Assembly: GCA_023402845.1 (NCBI GenBank)
Contig: JAEYFP010000066.1
Location: 5,215 to 69,214 of the forward strand
Source: Bacillota bacterium
Lineage (GTDB): Bacteria; Bacillota; Clostridia; Lachnospirales; Lachnospiraceae
DNA: 64,000 nt
Direction: 5' to 3'
A program made the translations under genes and the position numbers. The notes below the pieces were generated by a model. That model had not been told where the DNA came from. It saw only the letters and a list, made by a program, of their open reading frames with translations, and did not search any database. Below are positions 35,454-45,233 of the stretch, piece after piece (positions within the stretch are counted from its first letter, which is position 1; each line of letters opens with the position of its first letter).

Positions 35454-35575
35454 CTTACGCACCTCTGATATTGTTATAAATTTTTCCCAAAACGGAATTC
35501 GTTAAAATAATAACACTTTTTAATAGGAAAATCAATTATAACTGCATTATTTACTGATTTTTAACAGAAAGGGAG

Positions 35576-35604
35576 TTGAATCCCTGTTTTAATTCTGTTA
35601 CAAT
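35576..35604 (+). promoter_or_regulatory. Sigma-A promoter of secA
   Basis: TTGAAT (35576-35581), 17-nt spacer, TACAAT (35599-35604). Confidence 0.6.
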
Positions 35605-35660
35605 ACAATTTGAGCTTTTTATAGTGGGAATCTTTCTATTTGAAAACAGGAGCGAAAAAA

Positions 35661-38225
35661 ATGAAAATTATTGATAAAATATTTGGAACTCACAGTGAAC
35701 GCGAGCTTAAGCTGATTGAGTCGCTCGTTGATAAGGTTGAGTCGCTTCGTCCCGATATGATGGCATTATCGGACGGCGCACTCAGGGATAAAACGAAGGA
35801 ATTTAAAAAGCGATACGCCGACGGAGAAACTCTGGATGATCTGTTGCCGGAGGCTTTTGCAACAGTGAGGGAAGCAGCCAGGCGGGCACTCAATATGGAG
35901 CATTACCGCGTACAGATTATCGGAGGCATCATTCTGCATCAGGGACGTATTGCAGAAATGAAAACGGGAGAAGGAAAAACACTTGTTTCGACGCTGCCGG
36001 CTTATTTGAATGCGATTGCAGGGCGTGGTGTCCATATCGTAACGGTCAACGACTATCTGGCAAAGCGTGATGCCGAGTGGATGGGACAGGTGCATGAATT
36101 TATCGGACTGACAGTCGGTGTGGTACTCAATGAAATGACTGCTGAGGAAAGAAGAACCGCTTACAATTGTGACATTACATATGTGACAAATAATGAGCTG
36201 GGCTTCGATTATCTGCGTGACAATATGGTTATTTACAAGGAGCAGCTTGTGCTGCGCGATCTGGCATATGCGATTATCGATGAGGTCGACTCCGTGCTGA
36301 TTGACGAGGCACGTACACCATTGATCATTTCCGGACAGAGCGGCAAGTCTACAAAGCTGTATGAGGTTTGCGATATTCTGGCGAGGCAGCTGAAGCGGGG
36401 CGAGGATGTCGAGGATTTGTCCAAAATGGATGCGATTATGGGTATCGAGCAAAAAGAGACCGGAGATTTCCTTGTTAATGAGAAAGACAAATTTGTGACC
36501 CTGACGGCGGAGGGTGTGGAAAAGGTTGAGAAGTTTTTCCAGATCGAAAACCTCGCGGATCCGGAGAATATCGATGTCCAGAATAATATGATCCTTGCGC
36601 TGCGTGCGCATAATCTGATGTTCCGGGATCAGGACTATGTTGTAAAGGATGATCAGGTGCTGATCGTCGATGAGTTTACGGGACGTATTATGCCGGGGCG
36701 CCGCTATTCGGACGGTCTGCATCAGGCGATTGAAGCAAAGGAGCATGTTAAGGTTAAGCGCGAGAGCAAAACGCTTGCGACGATTACGTTCCAGAACTTC
36801 TTTAATAAATTCGAGAAAAAATGCGGCATGACCGGTACGGCCCTGACGGAGGAAAAGGAATTTCGTGATATTTACGGCATGGACGTTATCGAAATCCCGA
36901 CGAATCAGCCGATTGCGAGAGTGGATTTACAGGATGCCGTTTACAAGACCAAAAAAGAAAAATTGTCTGCAATTGTGGATGAGATCGAAAAGGCCCATGA
37001 GGGCGGACAGCCGATTCTTGTCGGTACAATCACAATTGAAGCTTCCGAGGAGCTGAGTGCAATGTTAAAGCGCCGGGGAATTCCTCATAAGGTATTGAAC
37101 GCAAAATTCCATGAACTCGAGGCGGAAATTGTCGCGGATGCAGGTATTCATGGTGCAGTGACAATCGCTACGAACATGGCAGGCCGTGGTACGGATATCA
37201 AGCTCGACGAGGAATCACGGACGGCGGGCGGGTTAAAGATTATCGGTACGGAGCGCCATGAATCAAGACGTATTGACAATCAGCTGAGAGGACGTTCCGG
37301 CCGTCAGGGAGATCCGGGTGAATCCCGCTTCTTTATTTCCCTGGAGGATGATTTGATGCGTCTGTTCGGCTCCGACAGGCTGATGGAGGTATTTAATACG
37401 CTGGGTGTGCCGGAAAATGAGCAGATCGAGCATAAGATGCTCACGGGTGCGATCGAAAAGGCACAGATGAAGATAGAAAACAATAACTTCGGGATCAGAA
37501 AGAATCTGTTGGAGTATGACCAGGTCATGAACGAGCAGAGAGAGATCATTTATGCTGAAAGGCGACGTGTGCTGGACGGTGAAAGTATGCGTGACGTGAT
37601 CTTTAAGATGGCGACGGATTTTGTGGAAAATACGGTAGATATGTGTATTGGTGACGATGCAGATACGGACGAATGGGATATCCCGGAAATGAACCAGCAT
37701 CTTTTGGCGACAGTGCCCGCGCAGGAAATCAAGACACCGGATGTCCGCGGTTTAAAGAAAAATGAATTAAAGCATAAATTAAAAGAAGAGGTTGTTAAGC
37801 TTTACGAAGCAAAAGAAGCAGAATTTCCGATGCCTGAGCAGCTCAGGGAGTTGGAGCGTGTTGTTTTGCTCAAATCGATCGATAAAAAATGGATGGATCA
37901 TATCGACGATATGGAACAGCTTCGTCAGGGAATCGGCCTGCAGGCATACGGACAGCGTGATCCGCTCGTGGAGTATAAGATGACGGGCTATGATATGTTT
38001 AATTCGATGACAGACAGCATCAGTGAGGAAACGGTCCGCGTCCTGTTCCATATTCGCATCGAGCAGAAGGTGGAGCGTGAGGAAGTTGCAAAGGTGACAG
38101 GCACGAATAAGGACGAATCTCTTGGAAAGAAACCGCAGAAGCGGGAAACCGACAAGGTTTATCCGAATGATCCGTGTCCGTGCGGCAGCGGTAAGAAGTA
38201 TAAGCAGTGCTGTGGCAGGAAGTAA
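35661..38225 (+). CDS. secA: Preprotein translocase ATPase SecA
   Basis: MKTGEGKT Walker [31 protein letters not shown], and the C-terminal zinc finger [14 protein letters not shown]. The start at 35661 follows GGAG. Confidence 0.95.
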   Translation: MKIIDKIFGTHSERELKLIESLVDKVESLRPDMMALSDGALRDKTKEFKKRYADGETLDDLLPEAFATVREAARRALNMEHYRVQIIGGIILHQGRIAEMKTGEGKTLVSTLPAYLNAIAGRGVHIVTVNDYLAKRDAEWMGQVHEFIGLTVGVVLNEMTAEERRTAYNCDITYVTNNELGFDYLRDNMVIYKEQLVLRDLAYAIIDEVDSVLIDEARTPLIISGQSGKSTKLYEVCDILARQLKRGEDVEDLSKMDAIMGIEQKETGDFLVNEKDKFVTLTAEGVEKVEKFFQIENLADPENIDVQNNMILALRAHNLMFRDQDYVVKDDQVLIVDEFTGRIMPGRRYSDGLHQAIEAKEHVKVKRESKTLATITFQNFFNKFEKKCGMTGTALTEEKEFRDIYGMDVIEIPTNQPIARVDLQDAVYKTKKEKLSAIVDEIEKAHEGGQPILVGTITIEASEELSAMLKRRGIPHKVLNAKFHELEAEIVADAGIHGAVTIATNMAGRGTDIKLDEESRTAGGLKIIGTERHESRRIDNQLRGRSGRQGDPGESRFFISLEDDLMRLFGSDRLMEVFNTLGVPENEQIEHKMLTGAIEKAQMKIENNNFGIRKNLLEYDQVMNEQREIIYAERRRVLDGESMRDVIFKMATDFVENTVDMCIGDDADTDEWDIPEMNQHLLATVPAQEIKTPDVRGLKKNELKHKLKEEVVKLYEAKEAEFPMPEQLRELERVVLLKSIDKKWMDHIDDMEQLRQGIGLQAYGQRDPLVEYKMTGYDMFNSMTDSISEETVRVLFHIRIEQKVEREEVAKVTGTNKDESLGKKPQKRETDKVYPNDPCPCGSGKKYKQCCGRK

Positions 38226-38243
38226 CAGGATAGGAGAAATTGT

Positions 38244-39371
38244 GTGGTAGAATTAGATCAGGTCAAAACCGAGTTGCTGACATATGAAGAGCCGCTGAAG
38301 GAGGTCAAGGCTTCCCTTTCACTGGCGGATAAGGAGCAGCGTGTCGAGGAGCTGGAGCGTGAGATGGAGGCGTCCGGCTTTTGGGATGATCCCGAGCGCT
38401 CTCAGAAATATGTGAAGGAGCTGAAAAATTTTAAGGATACGATTTCTCTTGTTTCCGGTCTGGAGCAGCAGTATGAGGACATCCGTATGCTTTTGCAAAT
38501 GGCCTATGAAGAAAACGATCCGGCACTCGTACCCGATATTCAGCAGGAGTTTCAGGAATTTAAAGAAACACTCGAAACGCTTCGGATCGGCACCCTGCTT
38601 TCGGGAGAATATGATAAAAATAATGCGATTTTAAGGTTAAATGCCGGCGCAGGCGGCACGGAGAGCTGCGATTGGGCCGGGATGCTGTACCGGATGTATT
38701 CACGCTGGGCGGAAAAGAAGGGTTTTTCGGTCGAAGTGCTGGACTATCTGGATGGCGATGAAGCGGGAATTAAGTCTGTTACGTTTCAGGTGAACGGTGA
38801 AAACGCCTATGGATATTTGAAATCGGAAAAGGGAGTGCACAGGCTTGTGCGAATTTCTCCGTTCAACGCACAGGGAAAACGGCAGACATCATTTGTTTCG
38901 CTGGACGTTATGCCGGATATCGAAGAGGATTTGGATATTGAGATCAACGACGATGATCTGCGTATTGATACGTACCGCAGCTCCGGTGCGGGCGGACAGC
39001 ATATTAACAAAACATCGTCCGCGATCCGTATTACGCATCTGCCGACCGGTATTGTCGTGCAGTGCCAGAATGAGCGCTCACAGCACATGAACAAGGATAA
39101 GGCAATGCAGATGCTGAAAGCAAAGCTGTATCTGCTGAAGCAGGAGGAAAATGCGGAAAAGCTGTCCGACATCCGGGGAGATATTAAGGACATTGGATGG
39201 GGCAACCAGATTCGCTCCTATGTCATGCAGCCTTATACCCTCGTCAAGGATCATCGGACAAATACGGAGGTTGCACAGACGGACAGCGTTATGGACGGAA
39301 ATATCGATCCATTTATCAATGCATATTTGAAATGGCTGAATACGGGCGGCGGTGCCCGTCAGCAGAATTAA
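38244..39371 (+). CDS. prfB: Peptide chain release factor 2 (single uninterrupted ORF)
   Basis: SPF tripeptide (ISPFNAQ) and GGQ motif (SGAGGQHINKT). GTG start 7 nt after GGAG. There is no in-frame TGA at the usual frameshift position. Confidence 0.92.
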   Translation: MVELDQVKTELLTYEEPLKEVKASLSLADKEQRVEELEREMEASGFWDDPERSQKYVKELKNFKDTISLVSGLEQQYEDIRMLLQMAYEENDPALVPDIQQEFQEFKETLETLRIGTLLSGEYDKNNAILRLNAGAGGTESCDWAGMLYRMYSRWAEKKGFSVEVLDYLDGDEAGIKSVTFQVNGENAYGYLKSEKGVHRLVRISPFNAQGKRQTSFVSLDVMPDIEEDLDIEINDDDLRIDTYRSSGAGGQHINKTSSAIRITHLPTGIVVQCQNERSQHMNKDKAMQMLKAKLYLLKQEENAEKLSDIRGDIKDIGWGNQIRSYVMQPYTLVKDHRTNTEVAQTDSVMDGNIDPFINAYLKWLNTGGGARQQN

Positions 39372-39390
39372 CAGGAAAACAGGCAGAAAT

Positions 39391-39443
39391 AATACATGTT
39401 ATGGTTACTTTGGCAAAAAGAAATCATAGCATGTATTTTTTTA
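39391..39443 (+). terminator. Probable terminator of secA-prfB
   Basis: AATACATGTTATG...CATAGCATGTAT is an imperfect stem with a long loop, followed by TTTTTTT. Confidence 0.5.
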
Positions 39444-39560
39444 TAGAACCACTTGCTTTTTTATGCGCATTATGTTACGATATCTCTCAGCGAAAGACAT
39501 GTGTACGCAGCGTGAGTACAATCAAAAACAAGTGTGTACCACATGGAGACAGGTGATGAT

Positions 39561-40004
39561 ATGACAGAGACAAGCGCGTATTATATCGTGAAGCAGAAGG
39601 CGCTTCCCGAAGTGCTTTTAAAGGTAGTCGAGGCAAAGACGATGCTGGACTCCGAGCAGGCAATGACGGTGCAGGAAGCCACGGAGCGTGTCGGAATCAG
39701 CAGAAGTTCCTTTTATAAGTATAAGGACGATATTTTTCAATTTCATGATAACACGCAGGGAAAGACGATCACACTGACATTCCAAATGGATGATAAGCCG
39801 GGATTGCTTGCGGATCTGCTGAAAATTATCGCGTCGTACGGCGCGAATATTTTAACGATTCATCAGAGTATCCCCATCAACGCCGTTGCATCTTTGAGTA
39901 TCAGCGTACAGGTGTTGCCGACGACAGGCGATGTTTCTAAAATGATCGAGAGTATGGAGCAGCAGGCAGGCGTCCATCACGTAAAGATACTTGCAAAGGA
40001 ATAG
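39561..40004 (+). CDS. ACT domain-containing protein (UPF0735 / PheB-like)
   Basis: N-terminal HTH-like segment, then an ACT fold (ITLTFQMDDKPGLLADLLKIIASYGANILTIHQ). It sits directly upstream of hom. Confidence 0.8.
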   Translation: MTETSAYYIVKQKALPEVLLKVVEAKTMLDSEQAMTVQEATERVGISRSSFYKYKDDIFQFHDNTQGKTITLTFQMDDKPGLLADLLKIIASYGANILTIHQSIPINAVASLSISVQVLPTTGDVSKMIESMEQQAGVHHVKILAKE

Positions 40005-40032
40005 AGAAAAAGAAAGAGAAAGAGGTAGGAAC

Positions 40033-41250
40033 ATGGTAAATATTGCGGTGCTAGGATATGGTACGGTCGGTTCGGGAGTTGCGGAAGTAATCCGCACAAA
40101 TCAGGACAGCATTAATAAGAAGGCGGGAAATGAGATCAACATCAAATATGTCCTTGATTTAAGAGAATTTCCGGGTGATCCCGTGCAGGATATTCTCGTT
40201 CATGATTTTGACACAATCTTAAATGATCCTGAAGTGAAGATCGTCGTGGAAGTCATGGGGGGTGTGGAACCGGCATACACATTTGTCAAAAAATCGCTGC
40301 TCGCGGGCAAGAGCGTCTGTACCTCCAACAAGGAGCTTGTTGCAAAGCACGGTCCGGAGCTGCTGCAGATCGCACGAGACGAAAATATTAATTTTTTGTT
40401 TGAAGCGAGCGTCGGCGGAGGCATTCCGATTATCCGCCCTTTGAATTCCTCGCTGACCGCGGATGAAATTCGTGAAATTACCGGTATTTTAAACGGAACG
40501 ACCAACTATATTATGAGCAAGATGTCGGATGAGGGCTGGGAATTTGAAGATGCCTTAAAGAAGGCACAGGAGCTTGGCTACGCGGAGCGCAACCCCGAGG
40601 CCGATGTGGAAGGCTATGATGCCTGCCGCAAAATTGCGATTCTATCGTCACTTGCTTTTGGCAATCATGTTGATTTTGAAGATATTTATACGGAAGGCAT
40701 CACAAAAATTACGGCGAAGGATATCGCCTATGCGAAAAAGCTCGACCGCGCGGTGAAGCTGCTGGCTTCCAGCAAGCGCGAGGGAGACAATTTTTATGCG
40801 ATGGTCGCACCGTTTCTGCTTCCGAAATCACACCCGCTGTTCAGCGTAAACGGCGTGTTTAATGCGATTTTCGTAAATGGAAATGTGCTTGGGGATGTAA
40901 TGTTTTACGGAAGCGGTGCAGGAAAGCTGCCGACTGCCAGCGCGGTCGTGTCGGATGTTGTCGATGCGACAAAGCATTTAAATAAAAATATTATGTCATT
41001 TTGGAGCAGCAGGAAGCTGGAATTGACAAGCGTAGAAAACGCGGTTAGAAGCTTCTTTGTAAGGATCAGCGGAACACCCGAACAACGCCTTTTAGAGGTG
41101 GAAGGGATTTTTGGAAAGGTAGAGCCTCTCGTACTTGAGGGAGATTCGGAGGAATTCGGGTTTGTGACGGAAAAAATGAGTGAGAAGGCATTCTCACAGG
41201 CGCTCGGAAAGCTTGACGGAGTGATTGGAAGGATTCGTTTGGAGGGCTGA
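40033..41250 (+). CDS. hom: Homoserine dehydrogenase
   Basis: NIAVLGYGTVGSGV Rossmann motif, the TSNKELVA catalytic region, and a C-terminal ACT-like domain. Confidence 0.9.
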   Translation: MVNIAVLGYGTVGSGVAEVIRTNQDSINKKAGNEINIKYVLDLREFPGDPVQDILVHDFDTILNDPEVKIVVEVMGGVEPAYTFVKKSLLAGKSVCTSNKELVAKHGPELLQIARDENINFLFEASVGGGIPIIRPLNSSLTADEIREITGILNGTTNYIMSKMSDEGWEFEDALKKAQELGYAERNPEADVEGYDACRKIAILSSLAFGNHVDFEDIYTEGITKITAKDIAYAKKLDRAVKLLASSKREGDNFYAMVAPFLLPKSHPLFSVNGVFNAIFVNGNVLGDVMFYGSGAGKLPTASAVVSDVVDATKHLNKNIMSFWSSRKLELTSVENAVRSFFVRISGTPEQRLLEVEGIFGKVEPLVLEGDSEEFGFVTEKMSEKAFSQALGKLDGVIGRIRLEG

Positions 41251-41296
41251 GCTGTTAGAGAACTACTATCAAAAAATCAGGAAGAGGATGAAGAAG

Positions 41297-42499
41297 ATGA
41301 AATATATCATTGTACTGGGCGACGGTATGGCAGATGAGCCGCTTGCAGAGCTTGGAAACAAAACACCGCTTGACTACGCGAATACACCGGCGCTCGACGC
41401 ACTTTCAAAGCTGTCCGAGCTGGGGATGGCTCATACGATACCCGAGGGCATGAAGCCGGGTTCGGATACGGCCAATTTGGCAGTACTGGGCTATGACCCG
41501 AAAAAATATTATTCAGGACGCTCTCCGCTTGAAGCATTGAGCATCGGTGCGCCGATGAAGGATACAGATATTGCGCTGCGCTGCAACATTGTGACGATTT
41601 CCGATGAGGAGCCTGTTTTTGAAGAAAAGACGATTATCGATCACAGCTCAGGAGAAATCAGCACGGAGGATGCGGCGGTTCTGCTCAATGAGGTAAGGAA
41701 GGTATTGGAAAATGAAACTTACCGATTTTATGTCGGAACGAGTTACCGTCATTGTCTGATTTGGGATCACGGAAGTGTCATAGAGCTGACGCAGCCGCAT
41801 GATGTGCTGACACAGAAAATCGGACAGTATCTGCCGAAGGATGCGCAGTTGAATGCGATGATGAGAAAAAGCTATGAAATTTTGAAGGATCATCCGATCA
41901 ATATCGAACGAAAAAAACAAGGATTAAATCCGGCCAATTGCTGTTGGTTCTGGGGTGCAGGTACAAAGCCGCTGCTTTCTTCTTTTGAAGAGAAAAATCA
42001 TAAAAGAGGAGTTATGATTTCCGCAGTGGATCTGTTAAAGGGAATCGCGATCGGCGCCGGCATGGAGGTACTTCATGTGGAGGGAGCAAACGGAGGACTG
42101 CATACGAACTACGAGGGAAAAGCAGACGCAGCCGTACAGGCTCTCTTAAAGGATGGATTTGATTTTGCCTATATCCACGTGGAAGCTCCGGATGAAATGG
42201 GACATCAGGGCAGTATAGAAAAAAAAGTGCAGGCAATTGAGTATCTGGATGAGCGGGTCATCAGGCGCGTCAGAGAGCAGATGGATGCTTCCGGCGCGGA
42301 TTACCGTCTGCTTATCATGCCGGACCATCCGACACCGATCAGGCTCAGAACCCACACGTCCAATCCGGTTCCTTATCTGCTATACGACAGTACGGCACCT
42401 CTGACAAAGAGCTGGAATTATAACGAGGCAGAAGCAGAACAGTCAGGAAATGATGTGCCGCAGGGCTATCGTCTGATTGATCATCTGTTTGAGAATTGA
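41297..42499 (+). CDS. Cofactor-independent phosphoglycerate mutase-like metalloenzyme (ApgM family); candidate non-canonical homoserine kinase
   Basis: MKYIIVLGDGMADEP... N-terminus, with GSDTANL and HVEAPDEMGH metal-site blocks of the archaeal-type iPGM family. It is wedged between hom and lysC. Confidence 0.8.
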   Translation: MKYIIVLGDGMADEPLAELGNKTPLDYANTPALDALSKLSELGMAHTIPEGMKPGSDTANLAVLGYDPKKYYSGRSPLEALSIGAPMKDTDIALRCNIVTISDEEPVFEEKTIIDHSSGEISTEDAAVLLNEVRKVLENETYRFYVGTSYRHCLIWDHGSVIELTQPHDVLTQKIGQYLPKDAQLNAMMRKSYEILKDHPINIERKKQGLNPANCCWFWGAGTKPLLSSFEEKNHKRGVMISAVDLLKGIAIGAGMEVLHVEGANGGLHTNYEGKADAAVQALLKDGFDFAYIHVEAPDEMGHQGSIEKKVQAIEYLDERVIRRVREQMDASGADYRLLIMPDHPTPIRLRTHTSNPVPYLLYDSTAPLTKSWNYNEAEAEQSGNDVPQGYRLIDHLFEN

Positions 42500-42526
42500 T
42501 TTTAATAAGGAAATGAGGAGGCAACT

Positions 42527-43735
42527 ATGCTGGTAGTAAAAAAATTCGGAGGTACATCCGTAGCAAATAAAGAAAGAATCATGAATGTGGCCAATCGCTG
42601 CATCAGGGATTACAAGGAAGGGAAAGATGTCGTTGTCGTGCTTTCTGCGATGGGAAAACAGACGGATGTTCTGATTGAGATGGCAAAGGAGATCAACCCG
42701 GCTCCGTCCAGAAGAGAAATGGATATGCTTTTGACAACAGGTGAGCAGACCTCGGTCGCCCTGATGGCGATGGCGATGGACTGCCTTGGTGTGGCGGCAG
42801 TATCGCTGAACGCCTATCAGGTGGCAATGCATACGACGAGCGCGTATAGCAATGCAAGGTTAAAAAGGATCGATACGGAGCGGATCCGCCATGAACTGGA
42901 CCAGAGAAAAATTGTTATCGTGACCGGCTTCCAGGGTGTCAATAAATATGATGATTATACGACACTCGGACGCGGCGGCTCAGATACAACGGCGGTCGCA
43001 CTTGCGGCAGCGCTTCATGCGGATTCGTGTGAAATCTTTACGGATGTGGACGGCGTTTACACGGCGGATCCGCGCATCGTGAAGAATGCGCGTAAGATGA
43101 AGGAAATTACCTATGATGAGATGCTGGATTTGGCGACACTCGGAGCAGGCGTTTTACACAACCGCTCTGTGGAGCTTGCAAAGAAATACGGGGTGCAGTT
43201 AGTAGTACGTTCAAGTTTGTCAGAAGCAGAAGGAACAGTTGTTAAGGAGGATGTAAAAGTGGAAAGAATGTTAGTGAGCGGTGTTGCAGCCGATAAAAAT
43301 GTAACAAGAATTTCAGTAGTGGGACTTGATGATAAACCGGGTGTTGCGTTTCGAATGTTTGATGCGCTTGCAAGAGCAAATATCAATGTCGATATGATCC
43401 TGCAATCTATCGGACGAGACAATTCCAAGGATATTACGTTTACCATTCCGCGTGATATGACCGACGAAGCGATGAAGGTACTCGAGGAGAAAAAGGATGT
43501 TCTCGGCGCACAGGCTGTCAAGTGCAGCACGGATGTGGCAAAGGTATCGGTAGTCGGTGCAGGGATGATGTCTAACCCCGGCGTTGCAGCAAAGATGTTC
43601 GAATGTCTTTACAATGCAAACATCAATATTAATATGATCTCCACCTCAGAAATCAGGGTGACGGTTCTGATCGATGAAAAGGAAGTTGAGAAAGCGATGA
43701 ATGCTGTCCATGATATTTTCGGCTTGGAGGATTAA
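42527..43735 (+). CDS. lysC: Aspartate kinase
   Basis: VVKKFGGTSV N-terminus, GRGGSDTTAVALAA, and two C-terminal ACT domains. Confidence 0.92.
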   Translation: MLVVKKFGGTSVANKERIMNVANRCIRDYKEGKDVVVVLSAMGKQTDVLIEMAKEINPAPSRREMDMLLTTGEQTSVALMAMAMDCLGVAAVSLNAYQVAMHTTSAYSNARLKRIDTERIRHELDQRKIVIVTGFQGVNKYDDYTTLGRGGSDTTAVALAAALHADSCEIFTDVDGVYTADPRIVKNARKMKEITYDEMLDLATLGAGVLHNRSVELAKKYGVQLVVRSSLSEAEGTVVKEDVKVERMLVSGVAADKNVTRISVVGLDDKPGVAFRMFDALARANINVDMILQSIGRDNSKDITFTIPRDMTDEAMKVLEEKKDVLGAQAVKCSTDVAKVSVVGAGMMSNPGVAAKMFECLYNANININMISTSEIRVTVLIDEKEVEKAMNAVHDIFGLED

Positions 43736-43740
43736 AAATC

Positions 43741-43758
43741 GAACGGAGTGAACAGTAA
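43741..43758 (-). repeat. Solo end of family B element
   Basis: GAACGGAGTGAACAGTAA is the complement of the B-element left end TTACTGTTCACTCC. An identical solo end occurs at 22581-22595. Confidence 0.6.
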
Positions 43759-43766
43759 TGCTTGGA

Positions 43767-43807
43767 AAACAGCAGTATGTATTTTTGTATACTGCTGTTT
43801 GTTTTTT
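43767..43807 (+). terminator. Intrinsic terminator of the hom-lysC operon
   Basis: AAACAGCAGTAT (43767-43778) pairs with ATACTGCTGTTT (43789-43800) and is followed by GTTTTTT. Confidence 0.8.
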
Positions 43808-43865
43808 GCGTATAATTATGGTATACTTTTCAAAATGGGCAGGGCATCCCAGGAAAGGCAGATAA

Positions 43866-44318
43866 ATGGACGAAAATCAATTTTATAATCAAAATATGCC
43901 GGAGAACAGCGAGGCGCAAACAAAGTCAAGGGCAGCAGAGGGACTGGCCAAGGCGTCAATGGTTCTGGGTATCCTGTCGATAGCGGGAGCATTTTGCTGT
44001 ATGCCGTTTGTATTCAGCGGGATCGGAATCACACTTGCGATTCTTTCAAAGGGTGCGTCAAGCTATTACTCCAGACATGCCAGAACAGGCTTGATTTGCT
44101 CTATTATCGGGCTTGTGACCTCGTTTGTTCTGACGGTTTTTATTATCGTGGTAGAAATTGTCATGCTGTTTTCCATGGCGGGTTCGGACGGTGACTTTTG
44201 GCAGAAAATCAGAAGTCAGTACGAACAGCAATATGAGGAAATGTATGGACAGGAGCTGCCTGAGGAAGTAGAAGATCTTTTTGACGGGCTGGAAGACGGC
44301 TTTCAGAATGAATTTTAG
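43866..44318 (+). CDS. DUF4190-like small membrane protein
   Basis: Two hydrophobic segments (MVLGILSIAGAFCCMPFVFSGIGITLAIL and LICSIIGLVTSFVLTVFIIVVEIV) with an acidic C-terminal tail. Confidence 0.6.
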   Translation: MDENQFYNQNMPENSEAQTKSRAAEGLAKASMVLGILSIAGAFCCMPFVFSGIGITLAILSKGASSYYSRHARTGLICSIIGLVTSFVLTVFIIVVEIVMLFSMAGSDGDFWQKIRSQYEQQYEEMYGQELPEEVEDLFDGLEDGFQNEF

Positions 44319-44371
44319 CAGTCAATATTGCTGTTATGTGCCGAATGCATCAATATAATGGGGAGAAGAAA

Positions 44372-45211
44372 ATGAAAAAGCGGAAAACATCATCGCAATT
44401 AAAATCGATGGCAAAGGAACAGTTACTCGGCAATTATGGTGTGGCAGCAGGCGCCTTTGCTATTTTATATGGAATTATTCTTGCTGTCATGATTCTCGTA
44501 TATACGGCAATATTTACGACCATCATTGCAGGAATGCTGGAGACCGGAGCGTCTGCCGCTGCAGACGAATCTATGATTTTGACGAATGGATTTACATCTC
44601 CATTGTACTATGTGGCGGTTTATGCGATTACCGCTGTGTTGAGCGCCTTGATGGGTACGCTGTTCGTCGGCTTCAGCAATGTCTGCCTGAAGATTGCACG
44701 CGGGCAGAGGCCCCGGATCTCAGACCTGTTTTATTGTTATTCCCATCATCCTGATAAAGTGATTATCATTTATCTGATCATGTATGCAGTCAGTTTAGTA
44801 CTTATGATTCCAGCGGAATTAACGAGCTACTTTACGTTTGATAACGGCGGATATACGGGAATGTCCTTTTTGCTCTGGTCGGTTTTATATATTGTCGGAC
44901 TGGTGCTTTCTGTGATATTCAGTATGATGGTATCTCAGGTCTGCTTTTTGTATCTGGACGATTCGCAGACGTCCTCTATTGACTTTTTCAAGCAAAGCGT
45001 GGAACTTATGAAGGGAAATAAGGGACGGTTGTTTTATATAACGCTGAGCCTGTTTGGGTGGTACCTGCTTGTGCTTGTTTCATGCGGGATTGCCGCGTTT
45101 TGGGTGATGCCCTATCAAAACGTTATATTAGCTGATTTTTACCGCGATCTAAAGGGCGAATTTGAAGAGCCGCAAAATAAAATAGAACCGGAAGTAGACT
45201 ATAGAATATAA
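44372..45211 (+). CDS. DUF975-like integral membrane protein
   Basis: MKKRKTSSQLKSMAKEQLLGNYG start is typical of DUF975, with multiple TM segments. The start at 44372 follows GGGGAGAAG. Confidence 0.6.
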   Translation: MKKRKTSSQLKSMAKEQLLGNYGVAAGAFAILYGIILAVMILVYTAIFTTIIAGMLETGASAAADESMILTNGFTSPLYYVAVYAITAVLSALMGTLFVGFSNVCLKIARGQRPRISDLFYCYSHHPDKVIIIYLIMYAVSLVLMIPAELTSYFTFDNGGYTGMSFLLWSVLYIVGLVLSVIFSMMVSQVCFLYLDDSQTSSIDFFKQSVELMKGNKGRLFYITLSLFGWYLLVLVSCGIAAFWVMPYQNVILADFYRDLKGEFEEPQNKIEPEVDYRI

Positions 45212-45233
45212 AAAGGAACAGGATTAGGAAAGA

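Noticed and set aside
39372-39560. Lysine riboswitch, T-box or other amino-acid leader upstream of the ACT-hom-lysC operon, and a SAM riboswitch upstream of mtnA (23451-23679)
   Set aside because: I could find none of the conserved cores (L-box, T-box specifier/AGAGA/T-box sequence, S-box CTCTTATC...GGC). The leader after the predicted promoter is under 100 nt.
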